A program made the position numbers and the translations under genes. The notes beneath the pieces are model-generated. The model made no database searches, was not told where the DNA came from, and worked only from the letters and a program-made list of their open reading frames with translations. From contig OZ024747.1 of the NCBI GenBank assembly GCA_964016885.1, positions 90,582,001 through 90,646,000 of the forward strand: a stretch of 64,000 bases of DNA, written 5' to 3'. The number at the start of each line of letters is the position of its first letter. Within the stretch, counting starts at the first letter, position 1. This stretch comes from Eledone cirrhosa. Lineage: Eukaryota. Positions 1 to 15,180 of the stretch are shown piece after piece.

Positions 1-2157
1 ATTTAAAGACATTATTATCATTATTATTATTAGTAATAGTAGTAGAAGTAGTAGTAGTAGTATTTTTACTTTGTTTTCATCTTTTTGGTGAAGCTTAAAG
101 TTATAGCCAGCTAAAAACCAGAAATTCAGACATATGGAATAAAAAATACATGAGTTTCAATATGGCTGAATATTAATATGAAACACTCCAAGACCAAAGC
201 AGTATTACTGGCGTTTTGTTTTTGTTGCTGTATCTTGTTCTAATTTTCATTGAAAATATGCTTTTCCTTCAACACTTGGCTATTGTTGAACATGATGCAG
301 AAGTCCACCCATTATTGCAAAATCACTAAACGAGAACATTAGCCAAGTTGTGAAATGTAATATATTGAGATAACAGAAAAAAAAAAAAAAAAAAAAATTT
401 CAAAACTAGTTTACATTGTATCACTCTTGACCACACATAAACCATAAGCATTGAATATAATAGTCAATTGTATTCTATCATTCAAGTACCATAAATTTGT
501 ACTGATTTCATTTCAACACATCCTTAATTGTGATATCTAGACATTTGCATCCTATTTCATTGTTATATTTGAATTAAGAGAGGTTTTTTGAAATTATTTA
601 TATTTTGTTTTAAAAAAATGGTAAAAAATAAAAAGAATTCAAATTAGAAGAAAAGAATGTAAAACTTTAGTCTTTTATATTGATGTTATAATGATAAAAG
701 TAAGATCATCCAAGTTGAACAAACAGAATTGTCCCATGGAAAATAAAATATTAAAAACTTATAGTATATGTGTGTGTGTTTGTATATATATGTATTTATA
801 TGTACTATTATTTTTTCCAGAAAGCTTCAAACATTCTGCAATTTTCTGCCCTCAGCTAGAGAAACTGGAAAAAATAAAGTAAAATAAAATAAAACTGTGA
901 AATGCAGAATAACTAAAGTAAATCTGCAGTTGAATATTTAATGACCTGTAAAAATATAATTCATTTCTTGTGAGATAATCAGAATTAAAACATTGGTCTT
1001 TTATTGAGGGAGTGGGGGGAGCATTTACATAAGAGATTTCCAGATTTATCCATACTTTCATCCCCAAAACTCATCATCTGGATATCAGAGTTATTATATT
1101 TAGAGAAAACATTTCATCTTTCCCCATCCCTTTTGAATTTCATTATAACAGCTATAATGTCTTTTCAAAAGTAAGGTTAATTTTTCGTTTATTGTTGTTG
1201 TTGTTTTTTTTTTATTCAATATATTTGGTTGATAAACCTTAAAGTATTTCTGGTCAATGGTTAATGGTATATTTGTGGGATTGAATGAAATAATTGAATG
1301 TAGAGAAAATTCTCCAACATAATTAACAAGAAATAAACAATATTTATAATAACCAATTCACAAATGACTTTACACATCACAGTACTACTTCAACTAATAA
1401 AACTATTATAACAAAGAAATTAATTGTTGTTTGTCTCAATAAAATTATGTAAAATATACCAAAAACATCTAACAAAATATTCCAGTTGAAACCAAAATAG
1501 AGCATGAGGCAATATCTGAAGCTAATCTGATTCTAAATGAAGATCAACAAAGAAATACTGCTTTCTTGCCATATTACTAACAACAGAAGTTGTTAAAACA
1601 AACTATGATAAACTGTTATGATTTACCTGAACTATGTACACTGGAGGAAACGGAACATAAGAATTGGTAAAGAAGTTTGGAATCTTTTTTTTTTTTTTCG
1701 TTTTGTTTTACTCAGAGTAGATTGCAAATGAGTTTTCAAATTAACTACCAATTTTATAATGCCTGAGTTTAGAATTTTCTCTTTAAGAACTGCTTTGGTT
1801 AGGCTCCATTAGGAAGAGAAAGGGAAGATTAATAAGTGAAATACAAAAGCAAATTAGACTTCTTTTTAGAATTATATAAGAAATAAATTAGAAAGAAAAT
1901 TATCTTGGAACTCAAGAGAGTAACTCCATCCTTTTCAGAAAGAAAATATCTGATTGAAAATTTAGACTTATGAATAAACACCTCATGATTTTTGACACCA
2001 TCAAACTGTCCAGTAGTGACATAAATTGAAAGGAAAGTTGATTTCTTTCTTATAAAAGACATTGGCCAAAAGTTCTTTGTTCTTGATTATACTGATCCAA
2101 GGAAATGGTACCAACAAAGAATATATGTTGCAACAAATGGATCATTTTGGCAAGAAG

Positions 2158-2460
2158 GATGGCCAGGACTGACTCCTGATAGGTAAACAGATGAGTTTCC
2201 TAACACAGACATCAAGGAAAGATGATCAAGACTGATTTCTGACTGATAGACAAATGAGTTTTCTAGTGTAGATATCAATGAAAGATGGTCATGGATGAAT
2301 GTTGATAGATAGACAATTGAAATCAATGAAATATGGCTTTGGTTGATTCCCGACAGATAGATACGTGAATTTCCTAACAGAGACATCAATGATACATGGT
2401 CAAAACTGACCGGTCGCTGACAGATAGTTGAGGGTTCTGTTATAGACATCAATGAAAGAC
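2158..2460. repeat. Degenerate ~63-bp tandem repeat, about 5 units
   Basis: Recurring GATGG/GATGA...GATAG...GA(C/T/A)ATCAA(T/G)GAAA units. The minus-strand ORF 2087-2470 shows the matching 21-aa periodicity (H-x-S-L-[MI]-S-x-L-x-N-S-x-x-Y-L-S). Confidence 0.6.
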
Positions 2461-2902
2461 ACATTAGCAAACTTAGGAAGGTTTGAAGAGCTACCTCAAA
2501 ACAAAAGCCTTTTTTTCAATTCAACCTTGTTTTAGTTACTATTAGATTTAATAGCTACATGGAACAAAATAAAAAATATGTTGATAATGAACTATGGAAA
2601 AGAAAGTGCTATAAGAAATATGATGGACAGATGCAATACGATTTGAGAATATGTTATTTCTTAAGCAACCACCTATAGGTTCTTTTATACACCAGAACAA
2701 TTAAAACATAACTACTGATCAAAGCACATGCTTAGAGCTGGTATACTGTTACTCAAAGATAATATGGTTCATTAATTTATTTGTTGAAATATCAGCAAAA
2801 CAAAAGACATTTTTTTTTGTAATTTTATATAGAATAGATGTATAAATATTTATGTATGTTTTTTTGTTGTAATACTGCAGACCTCTTTTTTTTATTTTGT
2901 AG

Positions 2903-3065
2903 ATCCAATGAAACAACTAATGGGGGGAAAAACGAAGAAAAACCACAGCCAACATTTAAGTGGAAGAAGCCATCTAAGAGAGACTGGGAACAACATGTAG
3001 TAGAGTGTACTCTTCAACAGGCATTGACCGATCAGAAGAACTCTCAACTTGATGGCAAGAAATAG
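2903..3065 (+). CDS. Probable terminal coding exon of an unidentified gene (..SNETTNGGKNEEKPQPTFKWKKPSKRDWEQHVVECTLQQALTDQKNSQLDGKK*)
   Basis: Polypyrimidine tract plus TAG acceptor (ctcttttttttattttgtag, AG at 2901-2902). Protein-like, non-repetitive reading to TAG at 3063-3065, followed by T-rich UTR-like sequence. No homolog recognised. Confidence 0.5.
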
Positions 3066-4245
3066 ACAAAAGGTGTTCCAGAGATGATTTATATTCCCCT
3101 TGTATACTATCACTATCATTTCTCTTGTCTTGGCCATGCATGTTTTGTGTCATATTTCTTTCTCTTTAATATTTTTTTTCTGTTATTTTTTGTTTTGCAT
3201 TTTTTTTTTTTTTTTTGCATTTACTATTTCGTTTTTCTCTTTAAGCAGTTTACCAGGCAGGCAAAGGGGTGATGGGGTGGGTCGTTGGATGGAATTATTA
3301 CAGGTTTAAAGAACAGTAGAATCTCTTCTGTGTTCATCATACCAAATTTGTACAACCATAATATTAGTAAGAATCATGAAGTTTCTAGAATGGAGGGAGC
3401 ATGGAAATAAAACAAGTGAAGATGGAATTAAATAGGGTTCAATATACTGCAAATAAAAGCATTCTGAAATCTTTAAATAATCAATAGGAATCAGAATATG
3501 GATTAGTTTTGCCTTTTCCTTTCAGTTTCTACAAAATTTATTCCATGTTTCATTTTTCCCTATATCTCTTATTTTTCATTCTTTTCATTTTTTTAATAAA
3601 ATGTGGAAAATTTCTGAAGTAAATCATTGTTTACATATAATTTTTACATATTCACAATAAATTATACACATACATACATGCATGCACAAATATTGTATAT
3701 ATATTATATATATTGTATATATATATTGTATATATATATATATATATTTATACACATATATATATATATGCATACATATATATATATAATAGATATATAC
3801 ATACATATATATATGTAAGTATGCATGTATGTATACATTTAAGTAACTGCCGTACTAAGGGTGAGAAATGAAATTTTGTTTCATTCTATTCCATTTATAT
3901 ATATATATATATATACATTTATATATATGTATATATGTATATATATATATATATACATATATACACACACACATATATATATACACATACACATATGTAT
4001 ATATTACTACATTCAATCAATGGAAACGATGCCATCCACATAAATACTAGTTTTTGTTAGAATGCTAGACACAGTTTATCTAATTAGATTTATGTGGAAG
4101 ATAAAAACATTTACAATTACAATAATACTTAGGTATATCACATTTTTTTCTAATTAACCCAGTAAATCAGGCAGCATTATAGCCAAGTATTTTTTTGTTT
4201 TGGTTGCCATCTGACTCAGGAATTAATTTCAATTTTCCAAAGGTA

Positions 4246-4283
<38 letters not shown>

Positions 4284-4702
4284 TTTTTTTTTTTTGCAGA
4301 AAGGACCTTAAAATTACTAATATTGTCTATCTAAGGAATCATTATTTCTGTTACTGATTTATTATTATTATTATTTTTTTAAAACTTTTCTGTATATATC
4401 TGCTGGATGGCAAAATTCCATGATATAAAAACAAGTCATGTATGTTGATGTGTTTCCATACACACATGTATGTATATATATATATAAATATACATACATA
4501 CTCGCATATGTTTCTTTTACATGTTTTAGTCACTAGACAGCAGCCATGTATATTATATATATATATATATACATATAAATGTGTATGTATATATATACAC
4601 ATATATATATATATATACACACACATATATATATACATATATATATATGTATAATATATGCATACATATACACACACACACACATATATATATATGTATA
4701 TA

Positions 4703-4769
<67 letters not shown>

Positions 4770-4835
4770 GTATATTTATATGTATATATATATGTATATG
4801 TATATATATATATATTGTTATACTTTGGGAGGGTC

Positions 4836-4868
<33 letters not shown>

Positions 4869-5756
4869 CATACTTAATATTGAATAAGTTAGAATTTCTT
4901 TTGAAACATTACAAAAGGGAGTAGGAAGGCTAAAAGATAAACATTAATATACAAATGATCCTGAGAATGAAAACTGAACTGAAATTTTGTTTAACAAAAA
5001 CAAACCAATTTACACTATCTGAGAACAATGATGTGGGGTTTTGACCTTTAAAGGCAAAGATATACTTCTCAAAATATGATATAAATAAAACATATTGTGA
5101 GAAAATAAAACAAAAATTCTTCACAGTGGTCACAAGGAAAAGCAAAATATACGAATTCATGAATTATGTTTGAAGTTCAAAGTAATAAAAAACTATAAAT
5201 AACACATGTTGCATTGGAAAGTAATGGTTAAACACTGATTCTTATATTAGAATATAATTGAGGGGGGAATGAAAATTAAAGTTAAAAAGAGTAAAAAAAA
5301 AAAGAATAAACCCTGTGGCTATTTACACTTTAAATTACACTGGAAGAGACGGGCCCATAGCAATTAAGACAGCAAGAGTGCTGCTAATAGTTTAGGTAAC
5401 AGTACAGCACAAAGCAAATGCAAATGAATGAGACAATGTTGCTCTTTCATTACAAGGATGGTTGATGTGGAAGAAACACTTGAGATAATGTTAAAACAGT
5501 ATATACTATACACTGCATGTTATCATTTGAACAGGGGGAGTTTAGAAATGAATTTAGTTGAAGCATTTCAAAGTTGTTATGAGAAAATGATGTAATGAAA
5601 TATTAGACAAATATTAATAAAATCTTAAACTGATGACTGAGAAGATTAACCTGAAGGTTATTGCAAACAAATTAACATATAACCTGAAGAGAGTAATGAA
5701 TTGTTTTTACTAATGTGGTTACTATTTTCCATATATATATATACATATGTATACAT

Positions 5757-5790
<34 letters not shown>

Positions 5791-5823
5791 ATATATATAT
5801 ATACACATACATATATATACATA

Positions 5824-5863
<40 letters not shown>

Positions 5864-5979
5864 CACATATATATATGTATATATATATATGTGTATATAT
5901 ATATATATATATATACATATATATGCAGACACACACACACACACACATATATACATATATATATATGTATATATATATA

Positions 5980-6013
<34 letters not shown>

Positions 6014-7438
6014 CATATATACGCAGACACACACACACACATATATATACATATATATTGATGCAATTCCACTATTTTCACATGTATATAAACCAAATTA
6101 AAAAATACTTACAATTTATGTTTTTATGCCATACATAGTAATAATGATAAGATCAACATTTAGAGTCCCTAATGAGAAAGTAACATGGTGAAATGGATTT
6201 ACATGAGAGAAAAAACACTCAAATCAAGATGTATGAAAACAGATCAAATGATAAAGTGATGAAAAGGGGATATAGAAGATGGATACATTTTTGAAGCTTT
6301 GTTGTTATCGAACAAAAGGTTTAAAATATATTCAACTGATATTATGTTCTATTTATCTTGAATTTATAGTGACATGATAGCAATATCTTAGATATCAGCT
6401 CTCATCTTTGGCTCCCTTTTCAGCATTATATTTTGACTGCTAAAAGAAAATAATTGAAGACAATAAAACAAAGACAAACAAATGGAATAATAAATACTTT
6501 GCATTTGTTGTATCTAGTTTAGTTGTTGCAGAATGCATTGGAACTTCTGGCTGATGTATTTTTATTTTTTTGTTTGTGTGTCTTTTCTTTTTTTTTACTG
6601 TATTAAGTTGAAATGTATATTGTAAAGGTTTTGAGAATTTATCTTTAAACTTTTTGATATTTCATTAAGCATAAATAAACTAAATTGAAGAAGTTGAGAG
6701 ACTGGTGGTAATGACTGGAATTGATGAGTGACAAATTTCTTTAAAATCGGGATAGGAATGTCTCAAACTGTAGTCTCAATGATTTCAAAAATGAAACAAA
6801 ATAAATTATTACAAAGAAGGCTAGCATCAGCAGATGGTTACTTTCCATATGTTCACACTAGTGGTTTACCTTTTAAATTCTGCCTCCATATAGAAAACCA
6901 AGCAACAAGAAATAGGGAAGATGAAAAAAAAAGGTTTGTTAATGTTTATACAAAATATATAAATTAGGGGTTAAGGGCATAGTAAATTTTGAAGGATATA
7001 TATTTTTTTCTTATTGATTGGAGAATTATTGTGGGGTTCATTTTTGTAAAGAGCAGAACAAGCAAAACTGAAAGAGGTCTTCTATCCCTGCAGATGGTAA
7101 CACTTAAAGTGTTTATTTTATATAATACTTTGATATTAGATTTTTAAATGTATGGAGTTTGAGATAGTCAGAATGAGAATGCAAGATTGTGAAAATTAGC
7201 AAATGGTAAGATGAGGGATAAGTAATATTTGATGTTACAAAGGAAAAATATAATTTAGACAAACACTTAATAACACACTAATTTCTTCTTTTTCTGTAGC
7301 TGAGGAACAGTTTATAAGTCTGCTAACAAAGTACTGGTAATGAACAAAGGGGTTTTGGAAGGACAGAAAATAAGAGGAAACAACACAAAGAAAGAAGAGT
7401 GAGAGAAACATTAAGATGAAGACAAACTCACCAGTATA

Positions 7439-7483
<45 letters not shown>

Positions 7484-7674
7484 AGTTAGCAAGGAATATT
7501 TGTGGTGAAAGCTGCAAATCATCAGCTGGGCTAAAAGTTATCTTAGCTTTGCCACTCATTAACAAGCAATGGTCATAATCATTTTTAGAGTTGACTTCTA
7601 TCATATACATATGCATGTATATATATACATATAAATAAGTATATATACATATATATATAAATAAGTATATATAC

Positions 7675-7705
<31 letters not shown>

Positions 7706-10160
7706 CATATATGTATATATATGTGTATATATATATATATTTATATGTATACATATAGCTCCATTCATAATTTTGCATCAGTTATAAAAATATTTGGGAA
7801 TTGTTTTGTTAAATATTCATTAAGTTTTATAATATTTATAAACTATTATCTTTATGGAAATAGAGAAAAGAAAGAAAGCAGTCAAATGTTGATGCTGACA
7901 AGAGAAGATTTAGTTATCTCATAGAACTTTTATATATGCTTGTCAAAAGCTTTTAGACACAAAATATAAATATGCAGGCAGTAAAACATAAGTAGCCATT
8001 TGAGAGAGATTTTTAGTGAATACATTTCTAGGCATTGACTGGACTCACATTAATTTCTATAGAAAAATACCAATAAGGATCAACTAAAATTTTTTAAACA
8101 ATGAGTATTAATTCTGTTTTTAAGTATATGCAAGCTCCAATATTATCAAAATCCATATTTAACTTCAGCTTTTGATGGGGATTATGTTAGTTGGGTTACC
8201 AGCTTTATTTTTTCTGGCAGGACACCATCGGTGTGAGAGACTGGTCCGAGGTATCAGACGTTTGATATTGAGCAATGAGAAGTGAAAGTCTCATGACATC
8301 ACTTACTCTCACTCACCTAGCTATCCATACATCCATCTATCCATTTAGTTACCCGTCTGCTTGCTCAATCTCAGTATAATATTCTGAGTAAAAATGAAGC
8401 AAGCAATCAGACAAATTTGTCTGTTATTGGTCAATATATGAGATGAAAAAAAATTAAAAAAATTAAATTAGTACAGCTAAAACTGTTATAAGAGATGAAT
8501 TAACGATGAAATAAAATGTAATCATACTTACACACACATACACACATATATATATGTGTGTGTATGTGTGGTGAAAATAAATGAGGACAGGACAAGGAAA
8601 TATCTGGATATAAATAAATATGTTTGAAATACCACAAAGAACAAATATGGACACATGTTTTAGTAATAACACTTGTACAAATTATAACTGCACTAAGTGA
8701 AACAGATGGCAAATAGATTCGTAAGAAAGAAATCATGAAATTATTAATGATTTAGATAAAACTAATACTTGTTTAAACCACAAATATTGTTTTTCTTCTA
8801 AATTATTAATAACAAGTTTTTTTTCCATTTAGCCACATTCTATTCCATAAGATGACAAATTTAATTCATAATATAAAAAAAAAACCCTGCATACTTTTTT
8901 ATATAAATGGTATCTTTTCGAGGAACAAAGAATTCAAGCATTTACTGTTGACAAAAGATAATGGTTTGATAGAAGAAAAAACACACAAAAAAAAAACAAC
9001 ATTCTTCAAGGAATTTGTTTACCTTTTCACTAAAATACTTTTTTTTTCGCATCTTGATAATAAAAATATTTTTTTTAAATGCTAATACATTCTAAAACAA
9101 ATATATATTTTGTTTACAATAGTTTTATATACTACGTTTTCTTTGAGGTATTAAGAAAAATAAAATAAAAACCACAAACTATTTTCTTATCCAAGATCTG
9201 TTTTGTGACTCTCAACAGGACAGGTATACTTTGATAGTAGTTCAATTTACTATAATAATAATAATACAAATTTTCATGAAAATATAAAAGGTGAGTATTC
9301 TTCAGTATTTAATTTTGTTCTTGATATAAATTTTAAAAATAAACATACTTTAATCTAAAAGTAATAATATAGAAACTAGAAAACCCCCCCCCCATAACCA
9401 TAAGAATTGTATTAAAGAAGTAAACATATTACTAAGATAAATCTGTGAAAGCTATGCTAAAAACACAAGACATTCACATCAAATATTTGCTAATGCTATT
9501 AAACTGACTTGATAATATAATTTTTATGCTGATTAAAGTGAAGACAAAGAAACATTTACCTAAGAGAGGAAGCTTCAATAAGTTTGAAACAAGTTGAGTT
9601 TTAAGGTTAATATCAGGGGAAAATAAAAAATATTTTATGCTAACAATCATTTGTTGGAAACTTAGTTGTAAAGAAATTAGGAAATAAGTTAGATACCTTG
9701 ATATACATATATATATATATATGTGAATATATATTGTATATATATATCTAAATATAAATATGAATGTATATTGTATATATAAATATGAATGTATATTGTA
9801 TATATATATGTATATATATATATATATATATATACATACATATATTTATAAATATATACATATATATAAATATATATATACACATATATATATTTATAAA
9901 TATATACATATATATATATATATATACATATATATATTTATAAATATATATATACATATATGTATATATAACAAATGTGCATGCAATAAACTTTCCTAAT
10001 CTAATAATACAATAATAAATAATGAAATAAAAAGAATTCTAATGAAAAGTTGAAATTTCAGTTAATTATCATGTGAACTAGCATTTCTCTTCTGAATTAG
10101 AATGAAATCTAAAACAGAATGATAACAATTTAATTATGATGAGCTTAAATATTAGTATGT

Positions 10161-10197
<37 letters not shown>

Positions 10198-11006
10198 GTG
10201 TGTGTTGTATTGTGTGTACAAACAGATATTTTTTGCATTGTACCATTAACATAATATAACACTTCTATTTTCATTTTAAATATCTGGAGTGTGTGAGAAA
10301 GAGAGTATGTGTGTATGAGTGCATGTGTGTGTATGTGTACATGAGCATAGTGACACTAACTATTACTGCATGTAGCATCAGTAATTGCAGTTGAAGGAAA
10401 TGTCAAAGAAGAGGAGAAAGCTATCTGGCAGAGAGTATTACAATAAATTATAAGTATATAGAAGAAACCATCATTCTTGAATACTTTAAGTAACTTGCTT
10501 CTTTCTTTTCCTTTTCATTTAAAAGCCATTCTCTGGTTTACAAATCATTTCTAAGGTAGTTTATACCTTTATACAGTTCCTTAAATATTTTACTTTTATA
10601 GCAAATATTAACCAATTAACCATTTATTCAGTAAGCATTCTTTCAGTGGACGATAAGGTTGAGTGAATTTGCTTCTGTGAAAATAGATTAAATTTCTGTG
10701 GTAGAGAGGGAAGAGAGAACCCAGGTTTCTGGTGGGATGCATTTTGAAAAGAAGAGTGTGTGTGTGTATGTGAGCGAGAGATAAAGATAGATAGATAGAG
10801 AGATAGAGAGAGGTGGGAAAGCATGAGAAAGATGTTAATGCTTAAATATATGGAATAAATATTGAATACAAATAGACTTCCCTACAGAAATATATATTTA
10901 TATATATAATAGAGAGAGTATATATGTATATGTTACACACAGAGACAACAAAGAGATTTTGATACAGTTGTTGCTTGTCCTGTTGATGTAGCAGGTGAAC
11001 GATGAC

Positions 11007-11215
11007 TTAACCCTTTAGTATTTAAACCGGCCATATCCAGCCAGAATTCCCTCACCTCTTTCTGTTCAAACTGGCCGTAAGCAGCTGCTCATACTTATGT
11101 TAAGGTGTTGTTCTCAAAATAAATAATATCAAAATCTCATAGATTCGATATTATGTGAGATAAAGCCATGAAAATATAGTATATATATAGAGTAATGTAA
11201 ATGCTAAAGGTTTAA
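11007..11215 (+). mobile_element. piggyBac-type MITE (~200 bp)
   Basis: TTAA|CCCTTTAGTATTTA ... TAAATGCTAAAGGT|TTAA: terminal inverted repeats starting CCC with TTAA flanks. The body recurs at 38311, 54819, 56972 and 57272. Confidence 0.75.
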
Positions 11216-12689
11216 CAAACTGGTGAATATACTATAGAAACTAATGAGGTAGGATCTAGTTTTAATCTTGGCTATGTATCTCAGCTCACTTAAACTATTC
11301 TGAGATTTCATACATATGTAAACATTTAACACATTAGTTGCAGCTATTGTTGTTGTTATTCTATATTTGACCATCTTTATTGAGAATAAGTCACTATCTG
11401 AAATGATAATTCCAGTATTGCTAATTTCATTAGTTACTAACACAATATTATATTATTACCAATATGATATTATATTAGTTATAAATTAATAACTTGTCAC
11501 CAATACAGTCATTTGTTAATCACTATTATTAATATTTACTATAGCAAATATAATTATGATGCTGAAAAAAACAACAAATAAAACACAACAAACAAAGACA
11601 AAAATAAAATAAAATAAAATAAAATACAAAACAAAAACAAAAAAAACTAAAGATGATAAACAAAACCAGGATAAAAATAAACAAAATAAAACAAAAAATA
11701 TTCCAGAACAAACTGTCACATGTACTTTATTAACAAAATTGACTAGAAATTATTCAAATCTGAAAGAAAAAATAAATAGAATTTGTCTGATAACAATAAA
11801 CAGAACAATAAGTTAGATATGAACAGAAGAGACTAAGACAAAAAATGGGATGGGACTTGGTGTAGACTACATCTTTAACAAGGTAACTAAAAACAGTATT
11901 TCTTGAGTTGTAGCAGTAAGGATGTGAAAATAATAGTATATGAATGTGTATCTAAATGTGTTGTAGGAAACAGTTTGCATTCAAGGAATCAGAGAATAGT
12001 AAAAAATATTGATATTTTGAGTGAAATATTTGATGGAATTACAAGTATAAGTTTAAAATATTTTTGATAACTTAGAAGAAAAATATCCTAAAAATAATAA
12101 TAATTATTGTGATTTCTAGTTTAGGCACAAGGTCCATTTTTTTCTTTCTTTTTTTCTATTATTTGTGGGAAGGCATGATTGATTTTTTATCTACTGAAAT
12201 ATACATGACTTGTTTTTGTCCCAGGAAGGTAGGAAAGACGAAGTCAATTTTGTGGGGAGATTTGAATGCTGGGGAAGAAAATTAAATATTACTCAATATT
12301 TTGTATGGTACACTACTATGCCTGCCACTCTACCACCCCTTTTTATAATAATAATAATAATAATAACAATTTCTGTACTTCGGCACAATGCCACATATTT
12401 AGTAGGGGATGAGATTGTATGGCGTTGAAGTCTATTTAAAGTGAGGTTTAGTGGGAGTAGTAAAGTAAATATCAGCTCTCACAGGAACTGAAACTGTTTG
12501 GCAGAATCATCAGGTTGGTGGCTTTCCTATTACTTCATAACATTCGACACCAAAGGTTTCTAATGTTAGTAAAAGGCCACATATCTTAGGTAAGTCTAGT
12601 ATATATATATATATACACACATATATATCGACAGTCAATTGACAAGATCCTAGACCTCATTCGCTTAATGAGTAGGGTGGAGCTCGGCC

Positions 12690-12850
12690 AAACGTACCAA
12701 GGAAAAAATGTATCCATTGGTCTTTCCAATTGCTAATACTATTTGTCAGTCATAAATCAAGAACATAACGCATTGCCCGGTCTGGGAATCGAAATCACAA
12801 CCTCATGATTGCAAATCCAATTCTCAAACCACTCAGCCATGCACTTCACA
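12690..12850 (-). mobile_element. tRNA-derived SINE fragment, same subfamily as 33388-33600
   Basis: Reverse complement has box A TGGCTGAGTGG and box B-like TTCGATTCCC, and shares the gtattagcaattggaaagac segment with the copy at ~33540. Confidence 0.6.
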
Positions 12851-14599
12851 AATATATATATATATAATCAACCTCAGTACTTTACTGATCTTGAAGGTAT
12901 GAAAAGAAAAGGTAATGCTAATGTTCATAAAACAGATAATTTCTATATTTTTACTAAACATCTTGCAAGCAAGTTGTTTTGTTTATTTACTTATATATTT
13001 ATTGTCAGTTTACCTAGTTTAATTAGTATACATTACATATCCTTACACCATCAGACAACACAGTGGTTACTTTCTGAAGTAGATCTTCTTGCTTCGGTAA
13101 CTATATATCTATCACAAATTACTTACTTATGTACCTTTTTTTTTTTTTCTTAAAACTATTTATGAAACATTGCAGCTGATTAAACTTGAATTAAAGTTTG
13201 TATTTCTTTTTTAATCACATTTTACCTGAATAACAAAGCTTTAAGAATTCAAATATTGGTTGCTAGGATTGCCTGTGTTTATTCTTTCTTAAGATGTGAT
13301 ATGAAACTAAAGATGTTTAGAGTAAGATATTTTGGTGTTTGAGGTGGTCATCTTTTTAACAATGAAGTTAGCAATATAAATCAAGGGAATTATAGGCGTA
13401 GATGTTGTTGTTGTAAATCTATGACTTGAATGCATTTCAACATTGATCATATACTTCTTTTTCAAGCATAAGAGTACTTTATCGATGACAATATTATCTA
13501 ATGTCTTTCCATTGGTAGAAAGTCTTATTTCTAGAAGATCGAGTGACTGCTTAGAGGCTTACTGGCTGGTTTACCATGTAAAGGCAGGTAATGTGGTATA
13601 TATCTATTCACAATATAACCTGACATCTTTATTTACAACTTCAGAAAAGTTCAAAGACAAATGTTCGATCAGAGACAACATTGTTTTTTTCATTTAATTA
13701 CATAACTGAAATTTTGTGAAAAGTAAGTAAATTAACATAAATATTTGTGTGTATTGGAAGGTGGAGGTACATGTATTTGATTATGTAACATCTGTGTTAC
13801 ATAATATCTATTAAAATTCTGGTCACAGACAGAGAACTATATTCTCAGAACAGCCATTATAAAGAAAAATATTCAACAACCTGTAAAATTCATTATGTAT
13901 TTTGATAACAGAATCAAAGACTTGCTTCAAGAATTCCTGACAAAATAAATATTTCAAGTGTGAAAATGTGCCTAGCAGGTAGCTTTATACCTTAATGATA
14001 TATGATGTGTCAGTGAAGAAATCAATTTGGTACTCTGTAGAATTAAGTAGCATGATAGAATGCCATGTATCAGATTTATTAATTTAATTTTTTTAATAAA
14101 TGAAACAATATTCAGTGTTTTGTTTATTTTACATACATGCAATTGGTAAGAAACTACAACACAAAACTGGAATATATTCTTGAGTATCTGTTAGAAATCT
14201 GATAATTGTAAATTATAGCATATACAGTGTTAACACTGGTTACGATTTATCTTAGAAGCTCTTTATTGAATAAGAACTTGCTAACTGTACGTGATATTTT
14301 AAATTTTACTGAAACTTATGAAGAAAAACGTTTAACTTATCTAAAGATACTTACAAATACACACATATCTATATATATATAAATATCTATCTATATATAC
14401 CTATATATATATATATACAGCAATGTAGGAGAGTTTTTTTTATTAGCACACTGTGAAATGTAACATGTTATTCATTCCAGTTCTCTTTATCTTGAGTCCG
14501 ATTCCTGTTTTATTTACCAAATATCAATTGCCCACACTCACTATGCAGTAAAGAAATAGGCAGAAATTCCATAAGGTGAACTCAGTGTACATGATTGTT

Positions 14600-15180
14600 G
14601 CAGAAGAGGTGTAATGGAATAGTATGCAGACTGACAAAGAAGGGAGATTTCATGTATAGAAAGAATACCTTCCAATAAGATCTTTCATGAAATAAATTTG
14701 CACAACTGTCTGGAAGGCTCCAAGATACATGTACCAAAAGCATAATAGCTGAATTAAGAATGTTAAAAATGAGGTGGAAAACTTTCAAGGAGCTTATTAA
14801 TTCTGCTGATGACAAAGGGTATCTCTCTCAGTGTGAAGGATAGATTGTGTGTTTTGGGGTACATAGTGTGATGTAGCATAGCATGGTAGCAATATATAGG
14901 CATTGAACAAAGATGTAAAAATGCTGGAAACAAATAAGGTGGACATACTGTTCAAGGATTGGTAATGGAGTACAAATGAATTGATGGAAGTGTATAAGAG
15001 AAATCCAACATAGTATGGAAGAGAAGATTATGCTGGTATACACATATGGAGGTTGAAGAGTAACACAGTTCCAAGTGTAAAGAACCTGATGAGAGAGAGA
15101 AGGAGTTACAGAAAGGAAAGGTGAAGGCCAATCTCAGGAGGTTGAACCTCACAAAGGAGATGACAAAGGACAGTAACGAG
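14600..15180 (+). mobile_element. Decayed RTE-clade LINE 3' region
   Basis: Remnants of RRL-x-W-Y-x-H (gagaagattatgctggtatacacat) and the ...ctcacaaaggagatgacaaaggac terminal segment seen in better copies at 27170 and 58030. Many stops. Confidence 0.45.

Noticed and set aside
3624-9999. Many YIYI/HTHT/CVCV ORFs (also 24282-24587, 30424-30915, 39360-40884, 61484-62735)
   Set aside because: Translations of (TA)n, (CA)n, (TACA)n and (GA)n microsatellites that lack stop codons; not genes.
10391-10446. Possible small plus-strand exon (..EGNVKEEEKAIWQRVLQ*); similar candidate at ~1486-1580
   Set aside because: Weak acceptor context, very short, no supporting homology.
13443-13697. Possible Penelope GIY-YIG-proximal peptide (KFKDKCSIRDNIVF)
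   Set aside because: Similarity too short and no catalytic motifs follow.
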